62,272 nucleotides of DNA, filler included, from Streblomastix strix (GCA_008636045.1; 4 parts of 4 records of this genome joined end to end with filler, not necessarily neighbours in it); one strand, 5' to 3'; numbered from the whole stretch's first letter, positions 1 to 14,070 are shown. Translations and numbers: made by a program. The notes: a model not told the origin generated them from the sequence alone.

Positions 1-3000
1 TTCTAACAGTCTTTGAAAGGCTCTGAATAGATTAATAAATATAATAAAACAATTGATGATATTAAGTTATTATAACAATTAAATAAATTAACTTTTCTCC
101 AATTTTGCAAACCTTCTTGTAAACAACCGCAGCAACAATAATAATAATCACAATAACAGCAACGACAACAACAGCTGCAACAATAATTCCAATAAGAGCT
201 CCGACACTCAATCCTCCACTGAATCCACTTACATCAGCTGAATTAGATCCACCTTATTCAATATCAACTTCTTATAATAAACCATCTTCTGTTTGAACTT
301 GAACTGAAATACTCAATTTCTTTCCTTTCTTCACAAATTCATCCTCTGGTATTGATGCAGATACATCTGTATCACTATCCCACTATGATGCAACACTTCC
401 TAATTCATATTTCTTACTCGTTATCTCATCTTCATTCTTTGATACTTTCTGTTTCAAACTGACCAATAAGAACAATTTCCCACATCCAAACAGTGAACTT
501 CCTTTTATATCAACATCAATTCCAGTCTTCTTTTCATTTCCCTTTGCAACAACACTTTGAACCATTGGAGTGAATAACAGAAGATGGTTTATTATAAGAA
601 GTTGATATTGAATAAGGTGGATCTAATTCAGCTGATGTAAGTGGATTCAGTGGAGGATTGAGTGTCGGAGCTCTTNNNNNNNNNNCAAAACAATTCACAG
701 TTGTTTTCAAAGATTGTGCATTTAGAGGTATTAATATCAATCAGAACCATTGGAGTGAATAACAGAAGCTTCTCTAAGTTCAATGATCCAAATATTGAGC
801 ATGTTCCACTATCAGATAAAACCCACCTATTATTACTCTATATAATTGATTCATCCACTTTCACTTCTTTGAATGATGAACTCTCTGCACGCAATTGAGC
901 TAACAATCCATCTTTACCTGCACAAATAATGTTCCTTTATGCTCCTTTCAAAATATCATCTGAGGGTGTTGCAGTATTTCCATAAAATGAAACTGTATCT
1001 TTAAGAGTAACAGCTCCATTACCACCAACTTTCAAAGCTCCTTCACTTAATCCGCTGAATGTTGTCCTATCAAAGAAACCAATGCTGTTTTCGATATTAA
1101 CTGATCCTGTGTTCCAATCGCATGTCTTCGGGGGTCCAACATTAAATTCTCTCTAATTTTACGTATTCAAATGGTTCTGATTGATATTAATACCTCTAAA
1201 TGCACAATCTTTGAAAACAACTGTGAATTGTTTTGAATTTATGAAACTTAGCCCAATCTAATTCAGAACATTGAAATTTGATTTCTCAGCCAAGAATTGG
1301 TGATTATTTGGTCCTTATGATCCACTGAGCACAATACCATTACAGTTATTGAAATTAGATGGTTCAACTGTCACTCCATCCAGAAGTACTTTTTTCCCAT
1401 GTGCTTCAATATAAGGCGCTTATATCTAATGCCCTTATTGTTGTGATGTTATTACACCTGTTGTTTTGTCTTTGATGTGATAATCTCCACTAAGAGTTAC
1501 ATTAACCAATCTCAATATTCCATCATCTTCAGTCTATATTAAAGGTTAATCAGTTATCTGTTGGAAATGTTCTATAATGAACCCTTTAATCTCAATGTCT
1601 CCATTTCCTTTAACAGAAATAAAAGGATCAGTAACTTATGGAGGATTTTATGATCCTTCACTTCTTGTATCAATTGGACGAAGAACTGGAGGTGTTAGTA
1701 GATCAGCAGATGCCTATTCTTTTGGTTATAAGATATACGCTTTGTTTTATTAGACATTTATTGTCATTTCTTCATATACTTCATTCTTTGTTACATTCAC
1801 ACCAAGACTGTTTCCATCCTTCAATGCTTCTTTTATACCATTCTCTACTACATTAGCTTCTTCATTCTTATTATCTTCCACATTTACTTATGTGTCCGAT
1901 TCAACTGTTATTTCAGGCAATGTAATCTCAGGTTCTTCTTCTGAAGGAGGTTATTGAATAACTTCTGTTGGTTTGCATGTTGTGTCATAACGAGGATCTT
2001 GTGTTAATAAATTAGGATCTGTTGGGCAAGGACATTCCTATATAGTCTTGTCAGTTACATCAGAGCAATCAACTTCTTCAATTGGAGCGAAGAAACTTGT
2101 TTAGCGAAAATAAATTAGATCATATGGCTCCTAATTAATATCGCCAACAAATGGTATCTTCCCAATCTTTTTCTTTCTTGATATTAATTTACCAGTTTCT
2201 GTATTATATTTTTCTTCATCTTCAACTGTAATGAAACCATCTGTGTCCCAACCAATGAATATCATGCCGTCGAAATATGCAACTTCATGAAAACCTACTT
2301 CTGAATCATCTTTCTTTTAGTAATAACCACTAACATCAAGAGGTCCGTATTTGGTGATGGCTTTCTTTAATGTTGTTGTATTTCCCGTTACCATACCAAA
2401 GGCATATCCCTGTTAAATGTAGTAAAATAATATTAATATATATTATAAAGATGTATTCTAATTCAATACAAAAATATTTATATGCAATTATTATTTCATT
2501 TATATTCATAAATAATATATATAATCATTTCGCAAACCTTCAACTTTGGATCAAATTAAGCACCACTGATCTCACATTCATTTGGTAATTTCTGAGCTGT
2601 TCCATAAGGATATTCATCACCATATTTCCATCCATATCCTGGTATCTATGAGAAGTCATTTGGTATGCACGACTCATCTATAACACCATATTTGAATATA
2701 GTTGATAAGCAATCTAAATCTTATTATTCACAATTGTAATTAATAGCACTTTTGGATTTGTAGAATTTTCCATCAATATTAGATTCCTCCCACCTATATT
2801 TCATTCCATTTGATAACAAATATGTCAATGAAGGATATATATCACTCTAATCTACAAAGAAAGCTGTATAGGCGAGTAAATCTGCATCTTCTCTATATCT
2901 TATCAAATGTCTGCATTTGTTTATTTCAGCGATTTGTTCTGATGTCAAATCTTGGCTTGCTTTCAGATCCAAGATCATGTCCTCAGGTATGGCATAAAAT

Positions 3001-4476
3001 GTCTCAGCTGTCTCTGCAACTTTAAGCTCAACATCGATGAATCGTTCATCTTCAGTTTCATCACTACAAATTTCTTCGTAATCGTAACTCTGCACTCCCT
3101 CATCATCATAAATGTTTCGATTAAACAACTTAACTATTTCTGAATCACGATCTGGTAAATCTTCTTCATCAATCTCCTGAACTGGTATTTCATCTGGTTT
3201 ATATACTACCTCCTCAGCTTCAGTAATGAAGTATGCAGAGTAAATGTATATGTTGTCGTATTCTTTTCCATTATCTGTTCTACTGAATGGTAAATTTCCT
3301 TTAACCTTCCCATAATTTTATTACTCAGTTTTAATTGTTACAAATCCAGTAGCATCCCATCCAATAACTAACAGATCATGAATATACTCACCATAATAAA
3401 GTAGGAATCCATCTGGCTAAGCGCTGTCTTCTTTGGCATAATAAGCATAATTAACATATACAGGTCCATATTAGGTTATTGCTTCTTTCAGAGTAGTGAT
3501 GTTGACACCGCGTAAATTGCCTTTGCCATATCCCTGTATAAATATTATAGAATAAATATGACTAATAATAGTTTAGAAATATTTAATGAAAATAAAACTT
3601 ATTCATTCTTTTATAAACATTTTCATTTTTTATAATTTCATAAATCTAAATCACATCTATTTCTATTTATTCAACAAACCTTATATTTTGGATTGAATTC
3701 ACCACCATTGAAGCATTTCTCTATTTTCTCAGGTGTACCTTGAGGAGGTGGGCTACTCCAATCATATTCAACGTCATATCCAGGAATCCTTGTAAAGTCT
3801 TCAGGAATGCATGACTGTTTGAAATATAAATAGAATTATATAATAAATTTGATATATTATTTTTACTTTAATATTTTATAGATTTCGTTTATTTATAAAT
3901 ATTATTTATAATTAAATTTACCTAATCAACTACGCCATTATGATACACACTCTCCCAGAAGTAATTGTAATTTGAAACGCAGTTACCATCAATTTCATAT
4001 TTCACTCTATATATAATACCATTACGATGAACAATACGCGAATAATATTTTGGCCCATTAGATACTTAGTATGTCAATGATGGGATTATATCTACTTCAT
4101 CAATGAAGTTGGCGTAGTATGCAATTAACTCTTAATAATCCCTTAAGTATTTCATTCCTTAGCATTTACTAAACTCTTCTAATTCATTCTGCGATCTTTC
4201 CTTTCCAATTTTCAGCCCAGTTATATTCTCTTCAGATACTGCCATATATGTCGGAGGAAGTGTTGGGACTTTAATATCTACATAACTATAACTGTTATCT
4301 ACGCTGCAAGAGTCGAAGTACCTCAAAATACCGTCGTCGTCTAATACCATGTGTCTATCTATATAAACTATGTCGGGGTTGTGATTTGGCAAATCTTTCG
4401 CATCATCGACCATCATTACATCTTTGCCAAGAATAAAGGCACAGAATGAAATGACTAAAAGTAACTTGTTAAACAT
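1..4476 (-). CDS. Signal-peptide, single-pass membrane protein with two tandem degenerate papain-like (C1A) domains, a Cys/Pro-rich linker and a beta-helix-like region; 3' end runs off the window
   Basis: ATG at 4476 (MFNKLLLVISFCAFILG). Reads through TAA/TAG as Gln. GT-AG introns at about 3815-3921, 3534-3679, 2410-2537 and 23-92. Motifs TTLKEAITQYGPV...IHDLLVIGWD and TTLKKAITKYGPL...MIFIGWD. TM segment GGLSVGALIGIIVAAVVVVAVIVIIIVAAVVYKK at about 115-215. Interrupted by an assembly artefact near 576-751. Confidence 0.8.
576..751. other. Probable assembly/amplification chimera around a 10-N gap
   Basis: 576-675 is the reverse complement of 194-293. 686-751 is the reverse complement of 1170-1235. 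GAACCATTGGAGTGAATAACAGAAG occurs on both sides (559-583 and 744-768). Ns at 676-685. Confidence 0.85.
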
Positions 4477-5045
4477 CTGTTAAAATGAATAATTATAAAT
4501 TTATTAATTAAATACATGTATAAATATGAAAATAAAGATAAATAAATTGGTAAGGAAGAAATTGTTTAAATAGTCTCTAAGATAAATTGAATTTATTTGT
4601 AAACGAAAAATTTGTAATTATCTGTTCATTAACACATTAACGAGTTAATATTTTGGTCTAAAACACACATATTCATTACAATAAAATAACTGAAATTACT
4701 TATATTTCTTAGTTCATGTCATACACTGGCAAGTGGATTTGTTTATAATTGTTTGAATATCACGAAATAATTTCAAGATAAATATTTTTGAATTCTAATT
4801 ATTTTACATAAAGTTAAATATTATTATTTATTTATTTGGTTTTTCTACATAATCCAAGTCAAATATTAATTGTTTTGTTAGTTTAATTTTGAAGTGCTTA
4901 TTTTAGCTCTGCATAACCAATTTATTAAGTGGTCTATTATTAATTGTGCTGATATGTTCGATTTATATCATAAAACATTCATCCGAATCTAATTGCAAAC
5001 ATTACGTTTTTTTTATTGAACTTTTAATCCTTCTATGGAAATTTG

Positions 5046-6201
5046 CATTTTTCCATAATGAGATTTTTTTCCATAATGAAGGTCTCATTTTCATTAAATA
5101 AATTCATATAACAATGTTGAACTTGGCGAATAAAAATGTAATTCCTATTGGATGGGTCAAGGTTCAATTTTTTATTATCCACAATTAGAGATCATCTATG
5201 TTTGAATATCGACACTGCCTATTTAAATCGACAAAATATGCATTCAAGTCCTATTTAATATATCCAGTTATAAAATTTGTTTAATCGTTAGGATGCTATT
5301 GTCTAAAAATTGAGTTTTATCATTATTACTTAAATCTTGATTTTAACAATATCGGCTGTTCCAAACAACAAATTTTCATAAAATAAATATATAGTAAATA
5401 ATATGCAACATATTTAATTTACGTGATAAATAAATAAATTTCTATAAAACGATAATTCAGACCATGAATTTATACTCAATTTTTATATAAAATTTTAATC
5501 CATATTGTTCTATTACCTCCGATTTATATACTAAATAGCTTCTATAAAGTATCCGAATCAAATTTCTTACTTAATTTTCGTGGAATGCGCTTAAATTTTC
5601 AATTTATTTTTTATTCTAACATTTTACTTAATTTTTGACTACTAGTTCAAACAATATTTTGTTTATTCATAATATTTCTATTACATTCATATTTATTTTC
5701 TAATTTATATTAGATTCAATGAAAAATATAAATAAGTAACTAAGATATTTTGGTTTAAATATAAAATAATAATTAGTTTTTCTGAGTTTATTTCTTTTTT
5801 TCGAGTATTATTCTCAAACGTTACTTTATATATTCATATTATATTATTATTGTTTTATTTTGTTTCTTTTATTATAAAATCACTTATTTATTTTAATATT
5901 AGTTGTTGATTACGCTAGAAATTATTAGATATTTTTTCATTTTGAAATTTTGTTTATTTATCCGTGTAACCTAATAAATATTATATTTTTACATAATATA
6001 TTTGTTTATTTCAATACATTATATTTATTTTTACATTTAAAATATAAATTTATTTATCATTACGATGCAAATGTCAAAAATTCGAAAAGATCATTTTATT
6101 TCCATAAAGACTATAGTTTGACATAAAATAACCATATTAAATATCATTAACAATAAAAAAATATATGCATTATGGAAAAAAAAACTCATTATGGAAAAAT
6201 G
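5046..6201. mobile_element. Putative non-autonomous DNA transposon with ~33-bp terminal inverted repeats
   Basis: CATTTTTCCATAATGAGATTTTTTTCCATAATG at 5046 pairs with CATTATGGAAAAAAAAACTCATTATGGAAAAATG ending at 6201. No clear target-site duplication or transposase. Confidence 0.55.
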
Positions 6202-6236
6202 TCACTACGGTAGTAACAAACTGAAAAAAAAAAATA

Positions 6237-6566
6237 TATGAAATAATTTAGTTTTATTTCATCTTATTTATTTTATTTGTTAAGTTTTTCTGTTTGCATA
6301 TCATAGTTAACAAAGAAGAATCTAAGTATTATAATTTTTCTACTAACAATTAGCTAATAATTTCTTATAATTGTTTATTGAAATAATTAAATATAGAATA
6401 CTAGTAGTAATAAACTGAAACATTATTTGAATAACAATAAAAAAAGAAATGAGTCTATTTATCAAATAATAAAAAAGATGAAATAATGCTATATATATTA
6501 AAGATGAAATAAGATTATATATTAAATAAAATAAATAAGATGAAATAAAACAAAATTATTTCATAT
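6237..6566. repeat. ~42-bp inverted repeat pair (fold-back) just downstream of the beta-helix gene
   Basis: ATATGAAATAATTTAGTTTTATTTCATCTTATTTTATTTTATTT (about 6237-6278) versus AAATAAAATAAAATAAGATGAAATAAAACAAAATTATTTCATAT (about 6524-6566), about one mismatch. Confidence 0.55.
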
Positions 6567-9500
6567 TCATTTTTTCTTGTTTTTATATTTAAAAGGAGGA
6601 ATGTCATTTTTCTTGAAACTATTCCAATTAATAATAATTTGTTCTTCATCATCTGTAATATTATGAGATTATTTTATTTCAGAATAAACAGGGGGGTCTT
6701 TCTTCAGTGGAAGATCTTAGTCTTTTGATGAATCAGAAATTTGAATTTGTTATTGCCATCGTAATGAAGGGTCAATCTATTGTGGATATGGTTCATGAAA
6801 CTGAAATGGAGACAGGCTTTAAGAATGTTAAAGTTATTTATATATATTTTCTTCTGTAGCAATAACTGGTAAATAACCTGAAGTTGAACGAGCAAGGGAT
6901 TAATTAATTTAATTATTTTCTGATTATGTTAAAGTTGAATATTCTTTTGGAACTTAATGCATATAAGAAGTTGAACGATATTGGGATTAATCCAACGCAT
7001 TATTTTATTATTATGATTGAGATACATATGCATGAAGATCAGAAAAACATAAATATTAAATTGGCTTAATAGTCTATGTTTATTATGGAGTTTTATAACG
7101 AGCAGAACTCTTATACTAAAATGTTTCTGATTACAATTCTCTTGGCATATTATTTACAGATTAAATTGGATATTTTAGTGGTTCTTTATTTATTTTAATA
7201 TTATTATAATTATATTAAGACAATTATATTTATTTATTCTAAGATGCATAATCATAAGCAAATTCTTCATCTTAAGTTTTCATTTCTGTTTAGTTTCTGC
7301 TGTTCTAATAATTAATATCTGAAAAATAGTTGATTTTAATATTTTTCTCATCTTTATACTTTCTCCAACAAAAGCATATACAGCAAATTAAAATAATAAT
7401 TATTATTATTAGAATTATAGAAGATAAAACAATAATAAGAATAATCCACCATGGAAAGTGAGCTGTTTTGCCAACATCATCTTTTTCTATTATAACTTCC
7501 AATGGATATGCTTATACTAACTTTCCATCAATTCCTGTAAATATTCTTCTATCGTTTGATACAAATACTCCATAATGTTTATTATCATAGTCAAACCAAT
7601 CATATTGATTCAATTCAAATTATGAAGTTTGCTAATTTTGTGGATCGCCTTCAATATTTATATCTTCGATTGATCCATCTGGTGGATAAATAATTTCAAA
7701 ATCATCATTGCCTACGAGTTTGAGTGTGTTATTATTATATAAATTTGTATTTGCTATAGCTAATATTGAACTTGAAGATTTACTTAGAATATTAAATTAT
7801 AATTATTTTTTACTATTATAGTTTATTGATGTTTGTCTTTCGTTCAATTTATTCATCTTTCTTATTTATCCCAATTCTACAATTTTCACTGTTAATTATC
7901 CTGCAATCATATTTTGTCCTTCAAGATTAATTAGTAATGGCTGATTGGTATCTGATATATTTAAAATAGCTGATACCTTTGTAAGATTTGATATTTCAAT
8001 CCAATAATATTAAAGTGTATATTATTGCCGTTGGATTTATTCTAATGAAAGAGAATTGAATATTGTCAAATTAACTGATATTCCTTCAATATCTTCAAAA
8101 TTTGAATACTTGTCATTATAATTTCCTTTCACATATTCTCCTAATATTCCAGTTTGACACCAATCCTTAATTTTAGTCATAGCAACATATAAACTTTATC
8201 CTCCTTTATCTGCAATATTATTAAATATTTTCATTCCTTTCAAGTCCAATCTTTAAGTTGATGGATAATAATCTCCAGATCCAGTCAGGAAGATTCCTCC
8301 TCCATATCCAGTTGGAGAAGTTTATATTGTATCTGCTTTTGCTTCACATTCTTGAATTAATGCATTATTAATCTTGAATTCGAATTGAGAAGTAAAATCA
8401 ATTGAAATATATATAGCTCCTCCGTTCCCATTATCAATAAGGCATTTCTAGAATTAACACGATTCATCAATTATAAGTTTGCTTCCATGTTTGCTTTCCA
8501 TGTAGATAGCTGATCCTCCTCGACCATTAGAATCGCCAATGCTGTTGATGCTATTGAATTGGCATCCTTTAATAGTTGCTTTGATTGGGTAAGATCCACT
8601 ATTCAATATTCGAATAGCATTACCTCCTTTAGAGGAAATATCAATATTTTTGAATGAGCAATATAATGCATTAAATTATGAATTGTCAACATTAATATGA
8701 ATAATTCCTTTAGCTTCAGTCATTGGTGAAAGTATGATTCGAGAAAATCCGATTGAAATAAGATCTAAGAGAGAATCGGAATCTTGAACGTAGATAATTG
8801 GAATAGTAAGTTAAGAATTATCCATTATAATATTCAGACCATATAAATGTAATTATAATCCTTCAAATACTGATATCCATCCAACTTTTCCATTTTCTTT
8901 ATTATTATCATTATTCTTCACAATCTTTATCTCAGAATTTTCTGGAATTTCAGATGATGTCCCATACATTTACTTCATTATCTTTATTACATTGGAGTAG
9001 CTGCCACTTTTACTCAACTGTAGTGGATCCATCAAATCGTATCCATTTAATCTAATTCCAATATTCTTCTCTTCTATAAACACTGTTGGAAGCCCACCTT
9101 TATTAAGTGATATTTCTTAAATTGTATATTCAATTGTTTTACAGGGAAGACTTACTTCTCCACAGGACCTTATATCATTTCCTAATGATGTGTCACTGTC
9201 TCTTTAAGTTATATGCCAGATTTAATTTGTAGGAAGCTGTAGTACCCAATAGTTTAATAGTGTCTTTTGATTAGTTTATATATATGATTATTCTATAGAA
9301 GCAAATTAGCTAAAGTCTATTGGTAATCCTTAAAGATCATTTTAATTGGAATCAATTTCACTGAAATTCCCTTTCACATTTACTCCAAACAATCCATATT
9401 CGCACCAATCTTTCAATTCACTCATAACTGCATACAAACTTTATCCTGCTTTAGAAGCCGAATTGCCATAAATCTTCATTCCTTTTAAGTTAAGTTTTTG

Positions 9501-11591
9501 AGTTGATGGATTATAATTGCCTTCAACACCAATAAAGATTCCACCTCCATATCCTGTTGATTCTGGATTAGAAGATGTTAAGGCTTAACAATCTTGAATA
9601 AGTGCATCATTGATATGAAAAGATATGTAAGTACTTTCCTAAGGGTAAATTTCAGAATATATACCTCCTCCATTTCCTTAAATTGCTTTGCATTATTTAA
9701 ATTCACATGAATGATCGATTATTACATTTCCTTATATATGGATTCTTGAATACAATCCTCCTCCATTTAAAGCTTCGCATTATTTGAATATTGTTCGCGT
9801 TATTGCAATTAATGCACTAGCACTAACTATTTCAGCATAAACAGCTCCTCCAGTAGTATATGGAGCTTTACAAGATGTAAATTTACAATCTATAATATCA
9901 AATCTATTTTAGTGTGATTAAAGGATAGCTAATGTAGCGCCACCAGCAATTGTTTCTCCAATCTTTGTTATATTCTCAAACTAACAATCAGTTATAATCA
10001 CTGAGCCTGCATAATAAAATAATATTTTTATTATGTTTTCATATGAAGAAATATCTTTTGCTATCAAATTAGATATTGCATGATTACCTCCTATAGAAGC
10101 ATAAACCAGACATTTTCCAATCTATGATCCAGCATTCTACATGTGAAATTAACAGTCTTTTATATCAATTTCGGATGCATCTGATAATCCACTAATACCA
10201 TGAGTGCCATATTGTTATGTTCCCTCCATAATAAAGTTTATTAATTAGAATCTCACTTTTCCACTTACATAGAATCCACCAGTAGCTTAAATTAGAATAG
10301 TACTTAACTGAATGCTATCTAATGGATAATTTCTAAATGTACGTGGAGTATGAAATTATGATATTATTACATTATTAGATATGGAAGTGCTATCATATAT
10401 ATAAAGAAGAAAAGGTTTTAAGCTGTTAATATTTAAATTTATCTAAGATTCTTCTACTGTCAAACAAGGATTTGATGAGTTGCATGGTTATTAATCACTT
10501 CCATTTGATCTGACATAATATTCATCTCTATCTACATTCCAGTAATATTGGAGTCTATTCTGAAGTTCATTAATTTATGTCGATGAATAATAATTGAATG
10601 TTTGTAAATCATCTGGAATTCCTTAGAGTTCATTTTAACTAGATGTTCCATCACTGTAATTTCCTTTCACATATTCACCTAATGTTCCTTCTTTGCACCA
10701 TTCAACTACTTTTGAAATTGCAACATACATAGTTTATCCAGCTTTATCTGCAGTATTTCCATTAAACTTCATCTTTCTGAAATCGAGTACCTTAGTTAAA
10801 GAATCATAATTCCCTTATCCAGACAAGAAGATTCCTCCTCCATATCCAGTTGGTGGAATATCGTTGGATGTATCAGATTAAGCTTTGCATCTTAACAGTG
10901 ATATGTTGATCATCTTGAACTGTGAAGATGCGCCAAAGTCTATATTAACATAAATACCTCCTCCATTCCCTTTTTAACATGTGCAATCTTCTGCTGTGAT
11001 TTTGTTTATTGTTATATAACCTTATGACTCAGTGATAATATAAGCACCACCTCCACTAGATAAGGATGAACAATTCTTAAATGTCAGTTATTCAATATTA
11101 ACAATTGCTTGTAGCTTACTCTATAAATACATTCCACCTCCAATATTAGAACTACTACAGTCTTGGATTTGCATTTAATTGATAATAAGCTTAGAGTTTT
11201 CACTACCAATTGATGCCCAAAATGCTCCTCCAACTAAACCTGAGCAATTTATGAATTATATCAACCCTTCAAATGTAGATGTGGATCCTGCAGAAATATC
11301 AAGTTTAATCGCACCACCGTTTGCTACTGATGTACAATTAGTGAAAGTGCAATCGATAATATTTATTGATGCTCCATTAGAAACTTTAATACTTAATGCT
11401 CCTCCATTTCCTGTAGCAAAGCAATTGGTGAACGTGCATTCCCTGATAATGTAATTCTCATTAGGATATTAAAGGATGAATTAACGATTGCTTATTCCAT
11501 CATAAATTTAATTCTCCATTGATGCAGTAGCTGCAGATACATTAAAAGAACCTCTGATTATAAAACATGATATTAACAGGAGGAGAATCAT
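6567..11591 (-). CDS. Large secreted/type-I membrane right-handed beta-helix (pectin lyase-like, Pmp-like GGA repeat) surface protein with a Gln-rich cytoplasmic tail
   Basis: ATG at 11591 (MILLLLISCFIIRGSF). Repeats FTNCxxxxNGGA(I/L). Three copies of GYGGGIF...K.M...N.A.K.GQ.(L/M)Y...WC..G...VKGN (about 10660-10860, 9360-9560, 8120-8310). TM FPWWIILIIVLSSIILIIIIIILICCICFCW at about 7365-7460. Open with TAR=Gln. The extreme 3' end is uncertain (possible frameshift near 6720). Confidence 0.85.
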
Positions 11592-12554
11592 ATTATTCTT
11601 ATTATTTTGTGTATTTCTCTTTTGTTTCTGATATTAATATTAATTATTAACTCTGAGAGGAAGGTATACAATTGCCGAGAAGAAACTATGAAGAATAATC
11701 AATAATATCATCAATTTGAAAATACTATACATTTACTAAGAACTAACGAAGTCCAATTCTTAAGTTTAGGAAATGCTAAGTAATGATATATAAATATCTT
11801 TATGAATACGTTGGTCTATGTTGTAGTTGTACAAGCTCAAGATTATTGGTTTTGATGTTGGAATTTGATTTCTTGAAGTAAAATTCAGCAAATTAATACT
11901 AATGGAGGTTCGGCTAGTAAGCAAATGGTTGAAGCAGTCAAATTATCTGGCAGATGTATTAATATTTTTGTTCTGTGCAATTTCATTCTAGTAGAATTTG
12001 AGAATTTTCTGATTAAGTTTTGAAATAATGCATGATTGAACTGTAAAATATGTATTTGGTGAATTATTATTATTATTACAATTTATCTGATTAACGTTGA
12101 TGACTTGTTATGCAATCTTAAAGTTATTTCGCTTTAAAGCGCCAGTTTTGTTCGAATTATCATTGATCTCATTCAAAAAGAAATATATCGTTGAGTCATG
12201 TATCTAAGTGAAGTGAATAGAGCAAATAATGAAATTTATAAGTAGAAATATCACTATTAAGACGAAATAATCAACATGAGACGATGTATATGCCTTGCGA
12301 GTTTATTCTCGTTTTTTTGAAACAAACACCATCCTAATTAAGCGGAATATTTATAAAAAGTTGGTAAAAATAATTAGAGAATAAAAATTAGTATAAAACA
12401 AAAGTATGCAGACTGTCTTTATATTATTTTTTGTTATAAACAAAATTTTTAATAACAAATAAGTAAATATTAATAATAATAAATTTCAAATTAATATTTT
12501 ATTTTATTACATTTCAATGCTTCATAATTCAAATTCATCATCAGACTCAAATTT

Positions 12555-14070
12555 ATCACAGTATTTCCTTCCTGATCGCATAATCCCCGACTAATGACAG
12601 TCTCGAAAGCGCGTCCGCTTCGTAATTCATCTTGCCTGCGATATGTTTGGCCGTCAGGGCCCACCAATTTTCCTCTTCCATTTGCAGAATTGCATCTATT
12701 AATTTTCAGAGATAGAACATCACTCTAGTTCTTGCTATCGAATAGCAAGCTGTTATGTTGTCTGTTTAAATTTACAATCGTTTAAATCCCTATCTGTTGA
12801 TGAAGTCCTCCAGATGAGCCAACGCTCTCTGGATCGCTAAGATCTCTCAGCAGCTATGTATTCAAGGTCTTGCAGTCCATTATTCGTCTCTATCATCCTG
12901 ATTATTTACAAATAGCTCAAGTTCAAGTCCATAATAACACCTAATCCTATTACATTGTCCTTATTATGTTTTGTTTTAATTCCTGTGCTATCATTTTATC
13001 CAATTGTGTCTTCTCATACTATGTTCCTTCGGCAGGGAACATCCTCCTCTATTTGACCAACAAAAGTATACTGTTTGGATTCTTACATTCCCCACTTCAC
13101 CCCATTTCGAATATTTTACTCTTACATATTTGTTTATACACCTCTTTAAAAAGTAACATTCGAGCTCCAATCACATTAGGATTAGGTGTCTTTTTATTGC
13201 ATACCATCATTCACCCCAATGGATCATCTTCGTCAACTAAGTCTCCCACTACAATTTTCCTCGATGGAATTCTTGCTTCTAATATTGATTTATCAGATTC
13301 TTCTCATTGTTAGGATCTTGTTGTGAAGTTGGACCTAAAATTTAGTCTGAAATTGCGTTTTCTTCTTCCTCCACGACAGTGTGAATGAAAATTTTTTTGG
13401 TAAGCGTTGTCTTTTTCGAATCCGTATTGTACTGGGTTCTGAATTGGTAGTCCCTAGAATTACCCCAATGGTTAAAACAGAGTGAAGATTTACTTTGGGT
13501 ACTGCTGTTAATATGGAGTTTGGAATTAGTTTTAATACGGGCTAAATAGATTGTATTGTTATTATATTGAAAAATGTATCTAATCCAATTTCTCGACTAT
13601 ACTACAATATTCGCTGCTGCACAAATCATTACATACACATGCGCAATGTCATCCAAATTATCTTTTCCCTCAATATTATCCTCCATAGCCACTAACAGCG
13701 TGTTCTACGCTTCAATATGTCCTGCTATCGCGTCTGTAAACTGCTCATCGTTTTCCAGTTTCATTTTCCATTTAGACGTCACTACCTTCCAAGCAGAACC
13801 ATCATATCTGTACTTCCCCTGTTCGCGATTAAAGAAGGACCTTTCATAGAAGACGAATGGCTTAAAATTACTCGGTTACCAAGCCATTTTCTTGCTTTGA
13901 ATTTGCGCCACTTATCTGTCCACGTCTGCATGCGCCTAATCGAACTTATCGCCTGAATATCTTCGTAGTGGCTTTCTCGGGCTTTACCGCTTGCGTTTCT
14001 TCTCAATTTGTTGCTGAAAACCTTCCAATGGCTATTACCATGCGACCTCATCATCTTATTCAATCAAATT
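12555..14070 (-). mobile_element. Degenerate DIRS-type retrotransposon remnant (gag-like region, RT start fused to RNase H by internal deletion)
   Basis: LDKMIAQELKQNII...RRIMDCKTLN (RT N-terminal motif) is followed almost directly by EILAIQRAL...IQTDNITA...HIAGKMNYEADALSRL (RNase H). Several in-frame TGA. Confidence 0.75.

Noticed and set aside
559..768. Inverted duplications in the first gene suggesting an invertible or diversifying cassette
   Set aside because: They are exact copies of nearby sequence flanking an N gap with a duplicated junction, which fits amplification chimeras or misassembly better.
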